A stretch of 63,376 nt of DNA, counting the filler, from Octopus bimaculoides (Eukaryota): assembly GCF_001194135.2 (NCBI RefSeq). It is 8 parts of 8 records of this genome, joined end to end, with 100 filler letters (N's around TTAATTAATTAA, not from the genome) between each part and the next. Parts side by side here need not be neighbours in the genome. Positions count along the whole stretch, not along the records: positions 54,896 to 63,376 come from NC_069005.1; 7 more parts are not named here. One strand, written 5' to 3'. A model generated the notes under the pieces. That model searched no databases and had not been told where the DNA came from. It saw only the letters and a program-made list of their open reading frames with translations. Shown here piece by piece: positions 62,340 to 63,376 of this stretch (positions are counted from its first letter, which is position 1; every line of letters begins with the position of its first letter). The translations under genes and the position numbers were made by a program.

Positions 62340-62560
62340 AAAGAAAGATAGAGGAACGTCATAAAACCTTAATCTACAAGAAACAAAAATCTCACACGAT
62401 TGATCCTTTGAGAAGAGAGAAGGATAAGTCATCAACCCTTGTAGAACAAAGTCAAGATAAATATGGAACAAGATAACGAATATAGAACAACCCTGGAAGA
62501 TAAGACGACTGAAATAATCTGTGCATATGCTGAGCTTTGATAATTCTTCAGTCGGCCGTG
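62340..62560 (+). mobile_element. Probable Penelope GIY-YIG endonuclease C-terminal remnant
   Basis: Frameshifted KDNEYRTT.WKI and NLCI...LIILQS resemble Penelope C-termini. Confidence 0.45.
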
Positions 62561-63340
62561 CATAGCCATGGAGACCGTATGGGCGTCTTTAATTAAGAAT
62601 GAACATTAACGTATGACCTTAACGAGTTTAAGTTTAAAATTCTTAATATCCACTCTCCGTTTGGTTTTTGAGACAATGAAATGGTAAGTAGAAGCGTTGG
62701 TTGTGATCAATGTATCAATGTAGTAGTTTATACTATGAGTTTATACGAAGGATTGCCTTGATGCGAAAGTAGAACGTGTCTTACGTTTATAAAACAAAAG
62801 ATGGTGGGTCGAGTCCCACGGGTAGCCTATGAATTTTTCCATTCAGATGATATTTTAATCTAATTTTTACACGCCGTTATTTATAGCTTTATCTATTTCG
62901 AATTCAACCATTGAAAACGAATTATTTCACGTGTCCCGAAGTTTCTAAATTCTCATGACGTACACAACATATAATTCTCGGTGGTAAAAACAATGTTTCT
63001 AAAATGGATAGAGAAATTCCAAAGATTGCTTTGCTCCAATGGTACAACGTCATGTTTACAAAAGACAAAGGTTCATGTGAGTGGACAGCCTTCGACATTT
63101 CCGAACGTGTTTCTTAAGCACGCTCTTATTTTTAGCTTTATTCATTTCGAGCTCCACCATTATATCCAAAATGGCGACAAGCACTAATTTTTTTATGTGA
63201 TTGCCTTGAAATATTGTTGACATTTTTTAAACATAAAACCAATGGTAGCCTTAGTACACAAATAAAGAAATTTCATTCACCAATGTTGTGTTGAATGCTC
63301 ATTTTCATTGTTCGATATTTACACACACACACACATACAT

Positions 63341-63376
<36 letters not shown>

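Noticed and set aside
63166-63176. CCAAAATGGCG YY1-like motif
   Set aside because: Single short motif with no supporting promoter features.

Overview
Eukaryotic, AT-rich, very microsatellite-dense non-coding DNA, with roughly 7 kb (about 11%) of N gaps. The SINE and LINE families look like those I recall from octopus genomes; this is from memory and was not checked. I found no convincing host exon, tRNA, rRNA or CRISPR array. Almost every ORF in the six-frame track is translated microsatellite or N gap. The window is a transposon graveyard: (i) at least four tRNA-headed SINE families in about 25 copies; (ii) decayed DNA transposons (Tigger/pogo, several mariner/Tc1 elements, hairpin MITEs); (iii) non-LTR retrotransposon fragments (RTE, R4/Dong-like and HERO-like restriction-like-endonuclease elements, Penelope-like elements). 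The most unusual observations are: a well-formed minimal hammerhead ribozyme in a Penelope terminal repeat (16174-16219); a ~190-bp dispersed element carrying a hammerhead variant with U at core position 6 (35.3 kb and 61.1 kb); a ~2.8-kb ancient palindrome made of a duplicated dead RTE segment (25.7-28.5 kb); two heptamer-coded minisatellite arrays with shared blocks in swapped order (36.1-38.8 kb); microsatellite-targeting retrotransposon ends; and a foldback element with palindromic sites phased every 21 bp (56.2 kb). Coordinates of degraded elements are approximate, and family names rest on motif recognition, not database searches.
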